DNA of 64,000 nt from Minisyncoccia bacterium (GTDB lineage Bacteria; Patescibacteriota; Minisyncoccia; Phycocordibacterales; UBA918), in the NCBI GenBank assembly GCA_964229335.1, contig CAXRCZ010000004.1:142542-206541 (forward strand). Reading direction: 5' to 3'. The notes beneath the pieces were generated by a model. The model was not told the origin of the DNA. It saw nothing but the letters and a program-made list of their open reading frames with translations, and did not search any database. Position 1 is the stretch's first letter, and every line of letters starts with the position of its first letter. Of this stretch, positions 28,159-38,132 are shown in pieces. A program made the translations under genes and the position numbers.

Positions 28159-29538
28159 TTAGAAATCATCACCTCCGCCAGCCATACTGTGGTGAGTATC
28201 AAGGTTAAGGAAGCGGACGTGTTTTTCATCGAAGAATAGTTCAGCCATTCCAACCGGCCCGTTTCGGTGTTTTTCTACTAGAATTTCAGCTATATTTGGA
28301 CGTTCGGCTTCTTTATCTTTGTTCATCTTGTCCTCACGGTGAATAAACATCACTACGTCGGCGTCCTGCTCGATAGAACCTGAGTCACGCAAGTCAGAGA
28401 GGCGAGGTTTACCGCCACGTTGTTCAACGGCGCGAGAGAGCTGTGAGAGGGCAATTACTGGTACCATCAGCTCACGAGCGAGAATCTTGAGAGAGCGAGA
28501 AATCTCAGTGACTTGTTGTACCATCGAGTCACTGTGTTTGGTGAGGGTAGGGGACATAAGCTGCAAGTAGTCGACGATAAGCATATCGAGTCCGTACTCA
28601 TTTTTGAGGCGTCGTGCGGCAGAGCGCATCTTGACGATATTGAGGGCTGGTTCGTCGATAATATGAATCGGTGCTTTGTGAAGCTTTGTCATAGCTGTTT
28701 GCAAAGCTTCATATTCAGTGTCGTTTGATAGGCGACCGGTGCGGAGCTTCCAAGAATCAACTCCCGCTTCAGCGGCTAGCATACGATCAACCAACTGTTG
28801 GTCACTCATCTCTAGTGAAAATATCCCTACCGCCTTGTTATGAAGGAGTGCAGCGTTGCGGGCAAGGTCAAGGGCGAAGGTAGTTTTACCCATTGACGGT
28901 CGTGCCGCCAAAATCACCAGGTCAGATTCTTGGAAGCCAGACAGCAGGTTGTCTAGCGAAGTAAAGCCTGAAGGTACACCACGCTTCTCGTCTTGATTTT
29001 CTGTGAGGTGTTCAAAACGTTCCCACGCTTCGGTCAATGCAGTACCGATAGGTCGGAATTTTTGGGCCGAAGGAGCTTGGGTGGCTTGGAATATTTTCTT
29101 TTCTGCCCGATCTAGCGCTTCGTCGACACTCTCAGGGTCAGAGTAGCCAATCTCCGCAATATCATCAGCGGCATGAATGAGATTTCGCAACGTCGACTTA
29201 TTTCCTACTTGTTCGGCATAGTACATCGCATTACCAGCCGCTGGAACAGTCTCGATTAGTTCTGTGACATAGGCACCACCACCAGCGCGATCGAGTTGGC
29301 CCATATCCTTTAGTTTGGTAATTACTGAAACCGTGTCTATCGGATCACCCTTGGAAAAGATTTTTCCAATAGCTTCGTATATAAGTCGATGTTTGTCAGC
29401 GTAAAAACTTTCTGGGAAGACAGTCACTGCCACGTCATGCATGACGTCTGGTTTCAGAATAATGGCACCCAATAATGCTTTCTCAGCATCAACGTTTTGT
29501 GGGGGTTTTCGTAGGTTTCGATTGGTCTCAGCAGCCAT
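28159..29538 (-). CDS. dnaB: Replicative DNA helicase
   Basis: AARPSMGKT, FSLEM, DYLQLM, LSQLSR, DLRDSGSIEQDAD, KHRNGP. Confidence 0.97.
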   Translation of the reverse strand: MAAETNRNLRKPPQNVDAEKALLGAIILKPDVMHDVAVTVFPESFYADKHRLIYEAIGKIFSKGDPIDTVSVITKLKDMGQLDRAGGGAYVTELIETVPAAGNAMYYAEQVGNKSTLRNLIHAADDIAEIGYSDPESVDEALDRAEKKIFQATQAPSAQKFRPIGTALTEAWERFEHLTENQDEKRGVPSGFTSLDNLLSGFQESDLVILAARPSMGKTTFALDLARNAALLHNKAVGIFSLEMSDQQLVDRMLAAEAGVDSWKLRTGRLSNDTEYEALQTAMTKLHKAPIHIIDEPALNIVKMRSAARRLKNEYGLDMLIVDYLQLMSPTLTKHSDSMVQQVTEISRSLKILARELMVPVIALSQLSRAVEQRGGKPRLSDLRDSGSIEQDADVVMFIHREDKMNKDKEAERPNIAEILVEKHRNGPVGMAELFFDEKHVRFLNLDTHHSMAGGGDDF

Positions 29539-29580
29539 AAGTAACGCTTAGTGTAGCACGATATCGGGATTGACCTTGAT

Positions 29581-29620
29581 TGGGGAAAATGTTCAAAAAT
29601 TGTGTATGAAGTGAGGAAAA
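29581..29620 (-). promoter_or_regulatory. Cluster of degenerate DnaA-box-like 9-mers upstream of dnaB
   Basis: Minus-strand TTTTCCCCA, TTTTGAACA, TCATACACA, TTTTCCTCA versus consensus TTWTNCACA. Confidence 0.4.
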
Positions 29621-29636
29621 ACCTAGATGAATTTCG

Positions 29637-31094
29637 TTATTCCTTTTTCAATAATTTCGGGCCCGCGGCTGAATCTTCAATCTGGTAACCTTCTAGTTCG
29701 ATAGCGTCACGCAGTCTATCTGCTTCGAGCCAGTTTTGCGCAGCCCTAGCCAACTCTCTTTGTTCAACTAAATCAGCTAGTTTTTTAGACACATCGTCAG
29801 AAGACATGACGCCAATTGATTGAGTTGTTTTGTCTGCTGGTTTGGTCAAGCCAATTTGCAGTACTTCATCCATTGCTAATAAGGTACCGCACTTGGTAGC
29901 AGCATCAAGTGAGTCGTCTTTTATAATCTCCCACATCAAGGCAATCGCGGCTGGGGTGTCGAGATCGTCTGCTAAAGATTCATCAAATCTTTCCAAATAT
30001 GAGGTATCTGGCAAGGCTGATTTACTTTTAAATTCTTCGTGGAAGTGTCGTTTAAGTCTAAACAGCGCCTTTTTTGAGCCTTGCAAGGCTTCCCAAGAGA
30101 AATTAACTGGGCTGCGGTAGTGAGCAGTTAGAAGCCAGTAGCGATAATCCTCACCACTAAATCCACGATCTTTGAGGTGTCTTAGGGTAATACTGTTGCC
30201 AAGAGACTTAGAAATCTTGGTGTTGTCGATAGTGATAAACGCGCTATGTAACCAATAGTTAACAAATTTTTTACCAGTAGTAGCTTCGCTCTGGGCAATT
30301 TCAGCATTATGGTGTACTGGAATGAGATCAATGCCGCCAGTGTGTATATCGATTTGTTTACCAAGTGTAGCCATGGCCATGGCTGAACACTCGATATGCC
30401 AACCGGGGAACCCGGTACCAAATCGGCTCGGCCAACCAAGGGAACTATTTTTCCAGACAGCAAAGTCAGCTGGATGATGTTTTTCTTGGTTTACTTCCAC
30501 CCGAGCACCACTTTTAAGCTTATTAAGATCAATGTTTCCTAATCGACCATAAGAAGGGAACTTGGTAATATCAAAATATACCCCATCGCTAGTCTCGTAG
30601 GTGTAGCCTCGCTCATCAAGGGTTTTGATTAGGCTGATTTGTTTTTTTACATACTCGCTAGCTCTCGCCCATGACGTGGGTTGAAGAACTAGTAGAGAAA
30701 CCAAATCATCTTGAAAAGCAGTAATGTAGCGGTCTGAAAGTTGACGTAAGTTATTTAGTGAAAATTCTAATTTCTCTCGCTTTAGTCCTTTCATCATTTT
30801 GTCTTCACCAGCGTCACCATCGTCGTTAAGATGGCCAAAATCAGTCAAATTGATGGTGTGAGAGACATCGTAGCCATTGCGAATGAGAGTGCGCTTGAGA
30901 ATATCTGCAAAGACATATGAGCGCAGGTTCCCTATATGGACGTAGTCGTAGACAGTTGGACCACAAGAGTACATTTTGACTTTAGAGGGATGGAGAGAGT
31001 TGAATACCTCTAATGATTTAGTCTCAGTGTTATACAAGTGTATGTCGCGGTGAACTACAGGAGTTTTACCGCGCTGGAACCAGCTGCCAAACAT
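29637..31094 (-). CDS. cysS: Cysteine--tRNA ligase
   Basis: CGPTVY..HIGN, PGWHIECS, DIHTGG.DL..HH, KISKS. Confidence 0.95.
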   Translation of the reverse strand: MFGSWFQRGKTPVVHRDIHLYNTETKSLEVFNSLHPSKVKMYSCGPTVYDYVHIGNLRSYVFADILKRTLIRNGYDVSHTINLTDFGHLNDDGDAGEDKMMKGLKREKLEFSLNNLRQLSDRYITAFQDDLVSLLVLQPTSWARASEYVKKQISLIKTLDERGYTYETSDGVYFDITKFPSYGRLGNIDLNKLKSGARVEVNQEKHHPADFAVWKNSSLGWPSRFGTGFPGWHIECSAMAMATLGKQIDIHTGGIDLIPVHHNAEIAQSEATTGKKFVNYWLHSAFITIDNTKISKSLGNSITLRHLKDRGFSGEDYRYWLLTAHYRSPVNFSWEALQGSKKALFRLKRHFHEEFKSKSALPDTSYLERFDESLADDLDTPAAIALMWEIIKDDSLDAATKCGTLLAMDEVLQIGLTKPADKTTQSIGVMSSDDVSKKLADLVEQRELARAAQNWLEADRLRDAIELEGYQIEDSAAGPKLLKKE

Positions 31095-31178
31095 GCCTTG
31101 AGTGTACCAGACTTATCATGACTCGGCGATACAACTTATACTTTGCGGCAGTACTGGGGGTGTGAGATAATGCCTCGT

Positions 31179-32504
31179 ATGAGATCAAATGAACGTTCTT
31201 TAGCTAGTGACAACACTGCAGCGCCAGCGTCGTCGCCAAATTGGCTATTGTATGTGTTGGCGATAGGACTAGCAGCCGGCGCATTTATGGTAGGAGTACA
31301 AGCTGGTCAAATGCAGTCAATTTCTCAACAAGAAGCCGGATTATTTAGCTGGTTATTTAACCGCGCAGAGCGACCAGCTGAGGAAGCGGACCTGGGAGAA
31401 TTTTGGCGAGTTTGGAACTTACTGGAAGAGAAATACGTCGCTGCTAGCAGCACTGACCCTTTAACTCCTGAGCAGAAGATTCAGGGTGCAATCGCTGGAT
31501 TGGTAGATGCCTATAATGATCCATATACCGTATATCTACCACCAGCCGAGAGTGAGGTGTTTGAGGAGCAAATTTCTGGAAACTTTAGTGGAGTCGGTAT
31601 GGAAGTGGGGTTGCGGGACGGACTGATTACGGTGATTGCACCGCTGCCTGATACTCCAGCCGCCAATGCAGGACTCATGCCCGGAGACGTGATTGTAAGA
31701 ATAGACGATACTAGTACTGAAAGAATGCGAATTGATGAAGCAGTGCAGTTGATTCGTGGGGAGGAAGGAACTGATGTCACCTTTACTCTTTATCGAGAAG
31801 GGGAAACCGAGTTCAAGACTATTACCGTTACCCGTGACACTATCAACATCCCAACTGTAGAAACGGAGATTCGTGGTGACACCTTCATCCTTTCACTTTA
31901 TAGCTTCAACGCTATTGCCGAAGAACGGGTAGAGGAAGCGATGCAAGAATACCTTTCGAGTGGAGCTGAGAACTTCATTCTTGATTTGCGTGGTAATCCA
32001 GGTGGATACTTGCAAAGCGCAGTTACAATTTCTGGTTACTTCCTACCGTCAGGAAAAATTGTCGTTCGTGAACAAACTGGTGAAGGCGAAGAAATAGTAT
32101 TTCGTAGTCCTGGTAGTCGCATCACCGACCGCTTCAACCCAGACAACTTTGTAGTGTTAGTCGATAACGGCTCTGCTTCTGCCTCAGAGATTTTGGCTGG
32201 AGCCCTCAAGGATCATCAGGTAGCGACTCTGATTGGAGTGTCGACCTTTGGAAAGGGCTCCGTGCAAGAACTAGTTTCTTTGCCCGGGGATGCTTCCTTG
32301 AAGGTAACAATTGCCCGCTGGCTTACTCCAAATGGCACTTCTATCTCTAATGGAGGCCTTTCTCCTGATATTAATTTCCCAATTAGCACCGAAGACCGTC
32401 AGTTGGGGAACGACACCCAGCTACAAGCCGCTCTCGATTTCTTGCAAGGAGAAGAAGTGGCTAGCGAGGACTTCCTTGAGCAATTTGAGCAAATTGGAAG
32501 TTAA
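31179..32504 (+). CDS. S41 C-terminal processing protease (CtpA) with PDZ domain
   Basis: GVGMEV, DLRGNPGG, SASASEI, FGKGSVQ; ATG at 31179 after a -10-like box. Confidence 0.92.
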   Translation: MRSNERSLASDNTAAPASSPNWLLYVLAIGLAAGAFMVGVQAGQMQSISQQEAGLFSWLFNRAERPAEEADLGEFWRVWNLLEEKYVAASSTDPLTPEQKIQGAIAGLVDAYNDPYTVYLPPAESEVFEEQISGNFSGVGMEVGLRDGLITVIAPLPDTPAANAGLMPGDVIVRIDDTSTERMRIDEAVQLIRGEEGTDVTFTLYREGETEFKTITVTRDTINIPTVETEIRGDTFILSLYSFNAIAEERVEEAMQEYLSSGAENFILDLRGNPGGYLQSAVTISGYFLPSGKIVVREQTGEGEEIVFRSPGSRITDRFNPDNFVVLVDNGSASASEILAGALKDHQVATLIGVSTFGKGSVQELVSLPGDASLKVTIARWLTPNGTSISNGGLSPDINFPISTEDRQLGNDTQLQAALDFLQGEEVASEDFLEQFEQIGS

Positions 32505-32587
32505 CGGGTAATTTTGGTATGATACAACCAACAAACGGCGCTTTGTAAGCCGATTTGCAACTTTAGTAGCAACCTAAATTGAATGAA

Positions 32588-33031
32588 ATGAAAGTTATAT
32601 TGTTGAAAGACGTAGCCCGAATCGGAAAACGTAATCAAGTGGTAGAGGTACCAAATGGGTTTGCGATGAATCGATTGATTCCACAAAAAATGGCAGAGCC
32701 AGCGACCAAGGCAAACATGAAGAGAATCGCTGAGCAATCTGAGAAGAATGAGGCTGAACGAGAAGCTGACAAAGAGCGTTTCCAAGAAGCGCTTACTTCA
32801 CTCCAAGAATCTCCACTAGTACTAACGGCCGAGGCTAACGAAAAAGGTCACTTGTTTAAGGCGGTGAGCAAAGAAGAAATTGCTGAGGAGGCAAAGTCAA
32901 AAGGAATTGACTTACCAGTGTCCAGTATTCTCTTTAAAGATCCAATTAAGGACGTTGGAGAACATGAGTTATTATTGTCACGCGGTACTGAAACCGACAC
33001 CATTGTTGTGACAGTAGAAGCAGCCAAATAA
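32588..33031 (+). CDS. rplI: 50S ribosomal protein bL9
   Basis: MKVILLKDV..IG..NQVVEV.NGFA.N.LIP. Confidence 0.93.
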   Translation: MKVILLKDVARIGKRNQVVEVPNGFAMNRLIPQKMAEPATKANMKRIAEQSEKNEAEREADKERFQEALTSLQESPLVLTAEANEKGHLFKAVSKEEIAEEAKSKGIDLPVSSILFKDPIKDVGEHELLLSRGTETDTIVVTVEAAK

Positions 33032-33042
33032 TCCTTATATAC

Positions 33043-33750
33043 ATGGACCAAAAAATGAAAGAGCAACTGTACCCCATACTTATCCTCTTAGGGATTTGTG
33101 CGGTACTCGTTGCTGCGATAGCGTGGTGGGTTAATAGTGATACTACCGAACCAGTAGTAGAACTAACCAATGATGATGAGCTCCCAGCACCGCTAAGTCC
33201 AGAACAATTAGCAGCCTATGATGAAGATATGGTAAATGATAATAATCCAGTTGTCGTACTAGATACAACAGCTGGCCAAATTGAAATAGAGTTATACGAA
33301 GACCGAATGCCAATTACAGCCGGTAACTTCAAAAAATTAGTAAATGAGGGTTTCTATGATAGCACAAAGTTCCATCGAGTGATTGAAGGCTTCATGATCC
33401 AAGGGGGAGACCCAATTACAAAAACAGACGAAGTACTACGATATGGTACCGGTGGCCCAGGGTATTCAATCCCAGATGAACATATTAAGGGAGATAATTT
33501 GACCAATGTTCGCGGCACCATCTCAATGGCTAACAGCGGCCCAAATAGTGGCGGTAGTCAGTTCTTTATCAATCTTGTCGACAATACCAGTCTAGACTTT
33601 GACAAACAACCACTCAGTTCAAAGCATCCAGTCTTTGGGAAAGTGATTGGTGGTATGGATATAGTAGATGAGATTGGTTCTACCGAAACCAATGCTCGTG
33701 ATTTACCGGTAGAGGACATCAGTATTACCGCGGCTACTATTCGTGAATAA
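33043..33750 (+). CDS. Membrane-anchored cyclophilin peptidyl-prolyl isomerase
   Basis: FHRVIEGFMIQGGD, SMANSGPNSGGSQFFIN, HPVFGKV. Confidence 0.93.
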   Translation: MDQKMKEQLYPILILLGICAVLVAAIAWWVNSDTTEPVVELTNDDELPAPLSPEQLAAYDEDMVNDNNPVVVLDTTAGQIEIELYEDRMPITAGNFKKLVNEGFYDSTKFHRVIEGFMIQGGDPITKTDEVLRYGTGGPGYSIPDEHIKGDNLTNVRGTISMANSGPNSGGSQFFINLVDNTSLDFDKQPLSSKHPVFGKVIGGMDIVDEIGSTETNARDLPVEDISITAATIRE

Positions 33751-33764
33751 TAGAAATAAATAAT

Positions 33765-33794
33765 CACTGCTTTAATACTAGTATTAAAGCAGTG
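33765..33794. repeat. Perfect 30-bp palindrome
   Basis: CACTGCTTTAATACT|AGTATTAAAGCAGTG. Confidence 0.85.
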
Positions 33795-33802
33795 GTTCCC
33801 AA

Positions 33803-33843
33803 GATACAAAAAGCCCGACCTATAAGGTCGGGTTTTTTGTATC
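33803..33843. terminator. Bidirectional terminator
   Basis: GATACAAAAAGCCCGACC...GGTCGGGTTTTTTGTATC between convergent genes. Confidence 0.8.
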
Positions 33844-33852
33844 AAAGTGATG

Positions 33853-34131
33853 TTACGAAGTCACTACGTCGACGGTCTTTTTCTTGACTACTTTTCCGTT
33901 GAAGCGAACTTTTCGAGCGTCACGGAAAGAAACCACGCCCTCATTGAGTGCAAAGATAGTGTGGTCACGACCAACTTTAGTGTTCTTACCAGCTTCAATT
34001 TTGGTCCCTCGTTGCCGAACGATGATTTGACCAGTTTTCACTGATTGACCATCCGCACGCTTTACACCAAGGTATTTTGGCTGAGAATCACGTAGGTTCT
34101 TTGACGAACCGGCTGATTTTTTGGTTGACAT
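33853..34131 (-). CDS. rpmA: 50S ribosomal protein bL27
   Basis: [34 protein letters not shown]. Confidence 0.95.
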   Translation of the reverse strand: MSTKKSAGSSKNLRDSQPKYLGVKRADGQSVKTGQIIVRQRGTKIEAGKNTKVGRDHTIFALNEGVVSFRDARKVRFNGKVVKKKTVDVVTS

Positions 34132-34194
34132 AGTGGTATCGTATAATGAGTTAATCTAATTAGGCGTGGCCTAGTGGTGGCGAGTATACGATAT

Positions 34195-34557
34195 ATGTGG
34201 GAAAAATTCAAGCACTATATCTCCGATGATGCGGTTTTCTATACGGTAGCGATTCTGCTGGTGGGTATATGCTCATTTGGGCTGGGGAGGATGTCAGCAG
34301 AGCCGTCAACAAGGGAAAATACCATTGAAATCATTCCGCCACCAGAACTGGTACCATACAACCAAGCGTCAGCCGTACAGGCTACTACAAATAACGAAAT
34401 AGGTGTGGTAGTAGCTTCAAAATCAGGCACCAAATATCATTTACCAGACTGTCCCGGCGCAAAGCAGATAAAGGAGTCCAATCTTATCTCATTTTCATCC
34501 ATTGCCGCCGCCAAAGCCGCCGGCTACACCGCCGCAGCAAATTGCCCAGGACTTTAG
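34195..34557 (+). CDS. Membrane protein with Ada metal-binding-like C-terminal domain
   Basis: TM then VASKSGTKYHLPDC...IK..N.I.F.S..AA..AGY...NC. Confidence 0.7.
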   Translation: MWEKFKHYISDDAVFYTVAILLVGICSFGLGRMSAEPSTRENTIEIIPPPELVPYNQASAVQATTNNEIGVVVASKSGTKYHLPDCPGAKQIKESNLISFSSIAAAKAAGYTAAANCPGL

Positions 34558-34744
34558 CGATATATAAAAGTTAGAACATCATCCCACACGCTGAACACAC
34601 GATCATAGCTGTGTTTGACAACGAAAGTTAGTTTGAGTCCTGTCGAGCTCTATAATTCGATGCAGAACCATTTTCAAAACTTTAGATTCCCTAAGCACTC
34701 TAATTTATTGATAAAATTAAGAAAAATCGTATAGTAAAGATAAT

Positions 34745-35338
34745 ATGAAAAATCTTATCATTCTATTCATTGTATCTATCGCCATCAGTCCTAGTTTTGC
34801 TGATGCGAGAGTATACGAAGAAAATTCTAAATATAGTGGATCTAAATCTTATTTGACTGAGGAAAAGGTAGATGAGTGGAAGTATAAGCTTCAGTCATAC
34901 GGTGTGTACGATTTTGACTTTGACTCAAATAAGGACATTCCTGTTTCGGATTTAGAAGAAATAATAGACGATAGCATTAAGGAAAGATTGGACATCATTC
35001 GTGACTGTAATGAGTATGAAATCTACGAAAGACCAGTTGGACGTGTCTTCAGTGTAAATTTTACGTCTAATAGCAAACGTGAAGAAATAGCACAAGCCAT
35101 AGATTTTGTTGCGAATAAATATAACGTTACACAAGAGCAGATTGCAGATTTTACAAATACCAGGTTCTTTTTAGTGTGTCTTCCCACTGAAAACGATATC
35201 GAGGAAAGGGTTAACAATCGCTTAGAAAACTCTGAAAAAGAAGTAAAAATGGAACGAAGTAGAGCAGAAATGCTTGCGCTTATAATTGATCTCATGAAAC
35301 AACTAGAGGCTCTTAAAGCGAGATTGGGAATCCAATAA
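34745..35338 (+). CDS. Hypothetical secreted protein
   Basis: Signal peptide (..SFADA); TTGATA-16-TATAGT promoter; AT-rich. Confidence 0.65.
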   Translation: MKNLIILFIVSIAISPSFADARVYEENSKYSGSKSYLTEEKVDEWKYKLQSYGVYDFDFDSNKDIPVSDLEEIIDDSIKERLDIIRDCNEYEIYERPVGRVFSVNFTSNSKREEIAQAIDFVANKYNVTQEQIADFTNTRFFLVCLPTENDIEERVNNRLENSEKEVKMERSRAEMLALIIDLMKQLEALKARLGIQ

Positions 35339-35486
35339 GTAGCGTTAATGATTTGTAAGTTTGCTATCAAGCAGTCTCCACCAAATCATTAGTTGAGTTC
35401 GAATATCACCTCGCAAGCGGAGCAGTATAAAGAAACACTCCGGTTTATTTTCTTGTTAAATAAATTATGGTGGGTATAGTAGTTTT

Positions 35487-36740
35487 GTGAAGAAAAGCAA
35501 TCGGCAAATTTGGGACGTGATTGTGGTGGGCGGTGGCCCAGCCGGGATGATGGCGGCGGCGCGGGCTAGTGCACGCGGGCGCAGTGTTTTGTTATTGGAG
35601 AAAAACAAGCGCTTAGGTAAGAAACTATCTATCACCGGTGGCGGGCGGTGTAATGTGACTAATAACACTCTTGAGGTGCGAGCGATGTTGGCTAACTATA
35701 AAGAGGCTGGTAAATTTTTGTTTTCTACTTTTTCCCAGCACGCGGTGTCAGATACGATTGATTGGTTTGAGCGTAGGGGAGTTGGGGTAAAAGAAGAGAA
35801 TGACGGCCGTCTTTTCCCTGAAAGTGAATCAGCGGAAACCATTTGCGCAGTACTTGAGGCAGAACTTAAAAAAACTGGCGTGCAAGTAAAGCTAAAGACA
35901 GTCGTAAAAACTATCAGTTTTGACGCGGAGGATGAACTATTTACCATATCCCTTAACAACGGCGACATAGCAACTGGAAAGAATTGCATTATTGCTACTG
36001 GCGGGACATCGCGACCAGAAACTGGCTCTACCGGAGAAGGGTTCAGGTGGCTCAAAGAGCTTGGTCATACGGTCACAGAGAATGACTTCTCTCTGGTTCC
36101 TGTTGCGCTAAAAGAGCGATGGGTATCAGAACTAAGTGGGATTACCTTACTCGAGATGAAAATCAGTTTGTATACAGATGACATTAAACAGCACTCTACT
36201 ACAGGGAAGATATTATTTACCCACACGGGACTAAGTGGACCAACTATACTGAACATGAGTAGTCAGATAGGGGAGTTTCTACAGTACAGTCGAGTGACAG
36301 TAGAGCTGGATTTATTTCCGACCCTGAATGAGGGAGAGTTACGTCAATATTTGAATACTCTGCTAGCAGAATCCTCTAATAAAAAAGTTTTAAATACGCT
36401 TACTAGCGATATACCTAAAGCGCTGGCTAGAGTGATATTAGAACAACTAGCTATCGATATAGATACTCCAGGACACAGTTTGAGAGCCGAAGATAGAGCC
36501 AGATTGGTTCAGTTTTTGAAACATTTGCGTTTAGAAGTGAAGGGACTGCTAGGAGCTAACAAAGCGGTAATCTCAAGCGGTGGAGTAAAATTAGAAGAGG
36601 TTGATTTCAAAACCATGGGTTCAAGGATTGTTCCTGGACTACATGTAGTAGGTGATGTGTTAGATATTGACCGACCATCAGGTGGTTATAGTTTACAACT
36701 GTGTTGGAGCACCGGTTGGGTGGCTGGAAACCATGTATAG
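35487..36740 (+). CDS. HI0933/YhiN (BaiN-like) flavoprotein
   Basis: GGGPAG, GKKLSITGGGRCNVTN, LFTH.GLSGP, GGYSLQ. Confidence 0.92.
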   Translation: MKKSNRQIWDVIVVGGGPAGMMAAARASARGRSVLLLEKNKRLGKKLSITGGGRCNVTNNTLEVRAMLANYKEAGKFLFSTFSQHAVSDTIDWFERRGVGVKEENDGRLFPESESAETICAVLEAELKKTGVQVKLKTVVKTISFDAEDELFTISLNNGDIATGKNCIIATGGTSRPETGSTGEGFRWLKELGHTVTENDFSLVPVALKERWVSELSGITLLEMKISLYTDDIKQHSTTGKILFTHTGLSGPTILNMSSQIGEFLQYSRVTVELDLFPTLNEGELRQYLNTLLAESSNKKVLNTLTSDIPKALARVILEQLAIDIDTPGHSLRAEDRARLVQFLKHLRLEVKGLLGANKAVISSGGVKLEEVDFKTMGSRIVPGLHVVGDVLDIDRPSGGYSLQLCWSTGWVAGNHV

Positions 36741-36773
36741 AAGAAGTTTGTCTCAACATGGTAAAATTTCTCT

Positions 36774-37364
36774 ATGCTAGTACTAGATGTTGAGTCCAGT
36801 GGTTTGAGCGCGGAAAAGAACTCCATTGTTTCTTTAGGAGCGCTTGATTTATCAAATCCTACCAATCGCTTTTATGCCGAGTGCCGCGTGTGGGATGGAG
36901 CGGAGATTTCGGATGAGGCCTTGGAAGTTAATGGCTTCATAAAGGAAGAGATCACTGACCCAAACAAGATGACCGAAAGTGAATTAATCCGGAATTTTAT
37001 TGACTGGTCACAGAACTTAGAAAATCGCACGATGTTAGGACAAAATGTGTCCTTTGACCGCGATATGACCAAGGCAGCAGCATTGCGTGGTGGATGGGAT
37101 TGGAATTTTGCTCATAGAACTATCGACACCCATACTTTGTGCTGGCTACATCACCTGAATCACAACCTGACTCCACCAGTAGATACAGAACACAAACGAA
37201 GCGCTCTTAACTTAGATAAAATTCTCAACTACTGCGGTATTCCAGAAGAACCAAAACCACACAATGCTTTAACCGGAGCCCTGTGTCATGCTGAAGTCGC
37301 TGCGCGATTAATGTATAACAAGCCACTTCTCCCCGAATTCGAAGCCTATCCCATCCCGTGGTAA
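36774..37364 (+). CDS. DEDDh 3'-5' exonuclease
   Basis: LDVESSG, QNVSFD, IDT, HNALTGA (final Asp replaced by Gly). Confidence 0.8.
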   Translation: MLVLDVESSGLSAEKNSIVSLGALDLSNPTNRFYAECRVWDGAEISDEALEVNGFIKEEITDPNKMTESELIRNFIDWSQNLENRTMLGQNVSFDRDMTKAAALRGGWDWNFAHRTIDTHTLCWLHHLNHNLTPPVDTEHKRSALNLDKILNYCGIPEEPKPHNALTGALCHAEVAARLMYNKPLLPEFEAYPIPW

Positions 37365-37387
37365 TACCACGATGCTACAATAGAAGC

Positions 37388-38131
37388 ATGTTGGGTAAAA
37401 AAAAGAAGAAATATCATATAAAGTCTATTTCTCCGAATACCTGTAGGATTGTCGATGAGTTACTCGACCCTAAAGGGCGCGATAGCGACGCGATTCAATC
37501 TTGGAGAGTGTTTCGAGTGATGGCAGAGTTTGTACAAGGATTTGAACTATTACGAGAACACAATCTCGCTGCTACCTTCTGGGGTAGTGCTCGCACAGAA
37601 CCAGGAAATGAATACTATAAAGCAGCTGAGGAGCTGGCTGCTAAACTGGCCAAGAAAAAATTCTCAATTATTTCCGGCGGGGCCGCTGGCATCATGGAAG
37701 CGTCCAATGTGGGAGCCTATAAGGTGGGTGGAAAGTCAGTCGGATTAAACATTACTCTACCGCACGAGCAAAAACTCAATCCATACACCACCGAATCATT
37801 AAATTTTGATTTCTTCTTTGCTCGCAAGGTCATGCTAGCGTTTGCGTCTGAAGTGTATGTTTATTTTCCAGGCGGGTTTGGTACCCTAGATGAATTCTTT
37901 GAAATCATTACGCTCATCCAAACCAAAAAGATTGAACCAATTCCGATTGTTCTTTACGGAAAAGAGTACTGGGAACCATTCATCCGCATCTTTGAAAAAC
38001 AATTACTTAAAAAATTCAAAACTATCAGTCCAGAGGATATGGAATTGTTCCACCTTGTCGATAGTGTAGACGAGGCTTACAAATACATTATGAAGCATGT
38101 CGATACCAAAAAAGTCTCGAGACAAATGTAA
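37388..38131 (+). CDS. LOG-family (TIGR00730) nucleotide phosphoribohydrolase
   Basis: GSAR, GG..GIMEA, FFARK, PGGFGTLDE. Confidence 0.92.
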   Translation: MLGKKKKKYHIKSISPNTCRIVDELLDPKGRDSDAIQSWRVFRVMAEFVQGFELLREHNLAATFWGSARTEPGNEYYKAAEELAAKLAKKKFSIISGGAAGIMEASNVGAYKVGGKSVGLNITLPHEQKLNPYTTESLNFDFFFARKVMLAFASEVYVYFPGGFGTLDEFFEIITLIQTKKIEPIPIVLYGKEYWEPFIRIFEKQLLKKFKTISPEDMELFHLVDSVDEAYKYIMKHVDTKKVSRQM

Positions 38132-38132
38132 T

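Noticed and set aside
26816-34131. rplU and rpmA separated; rplI not adjacent to dnaB
   Set aside because: Simple rearrangement of intact genes; no further signal
34558-34744. Possible structured RNA or insertion scar upstream of the secreted orphan gene
   Set aside because: Only short weak stems, and no matching repeat found on the other side (35340-35460)
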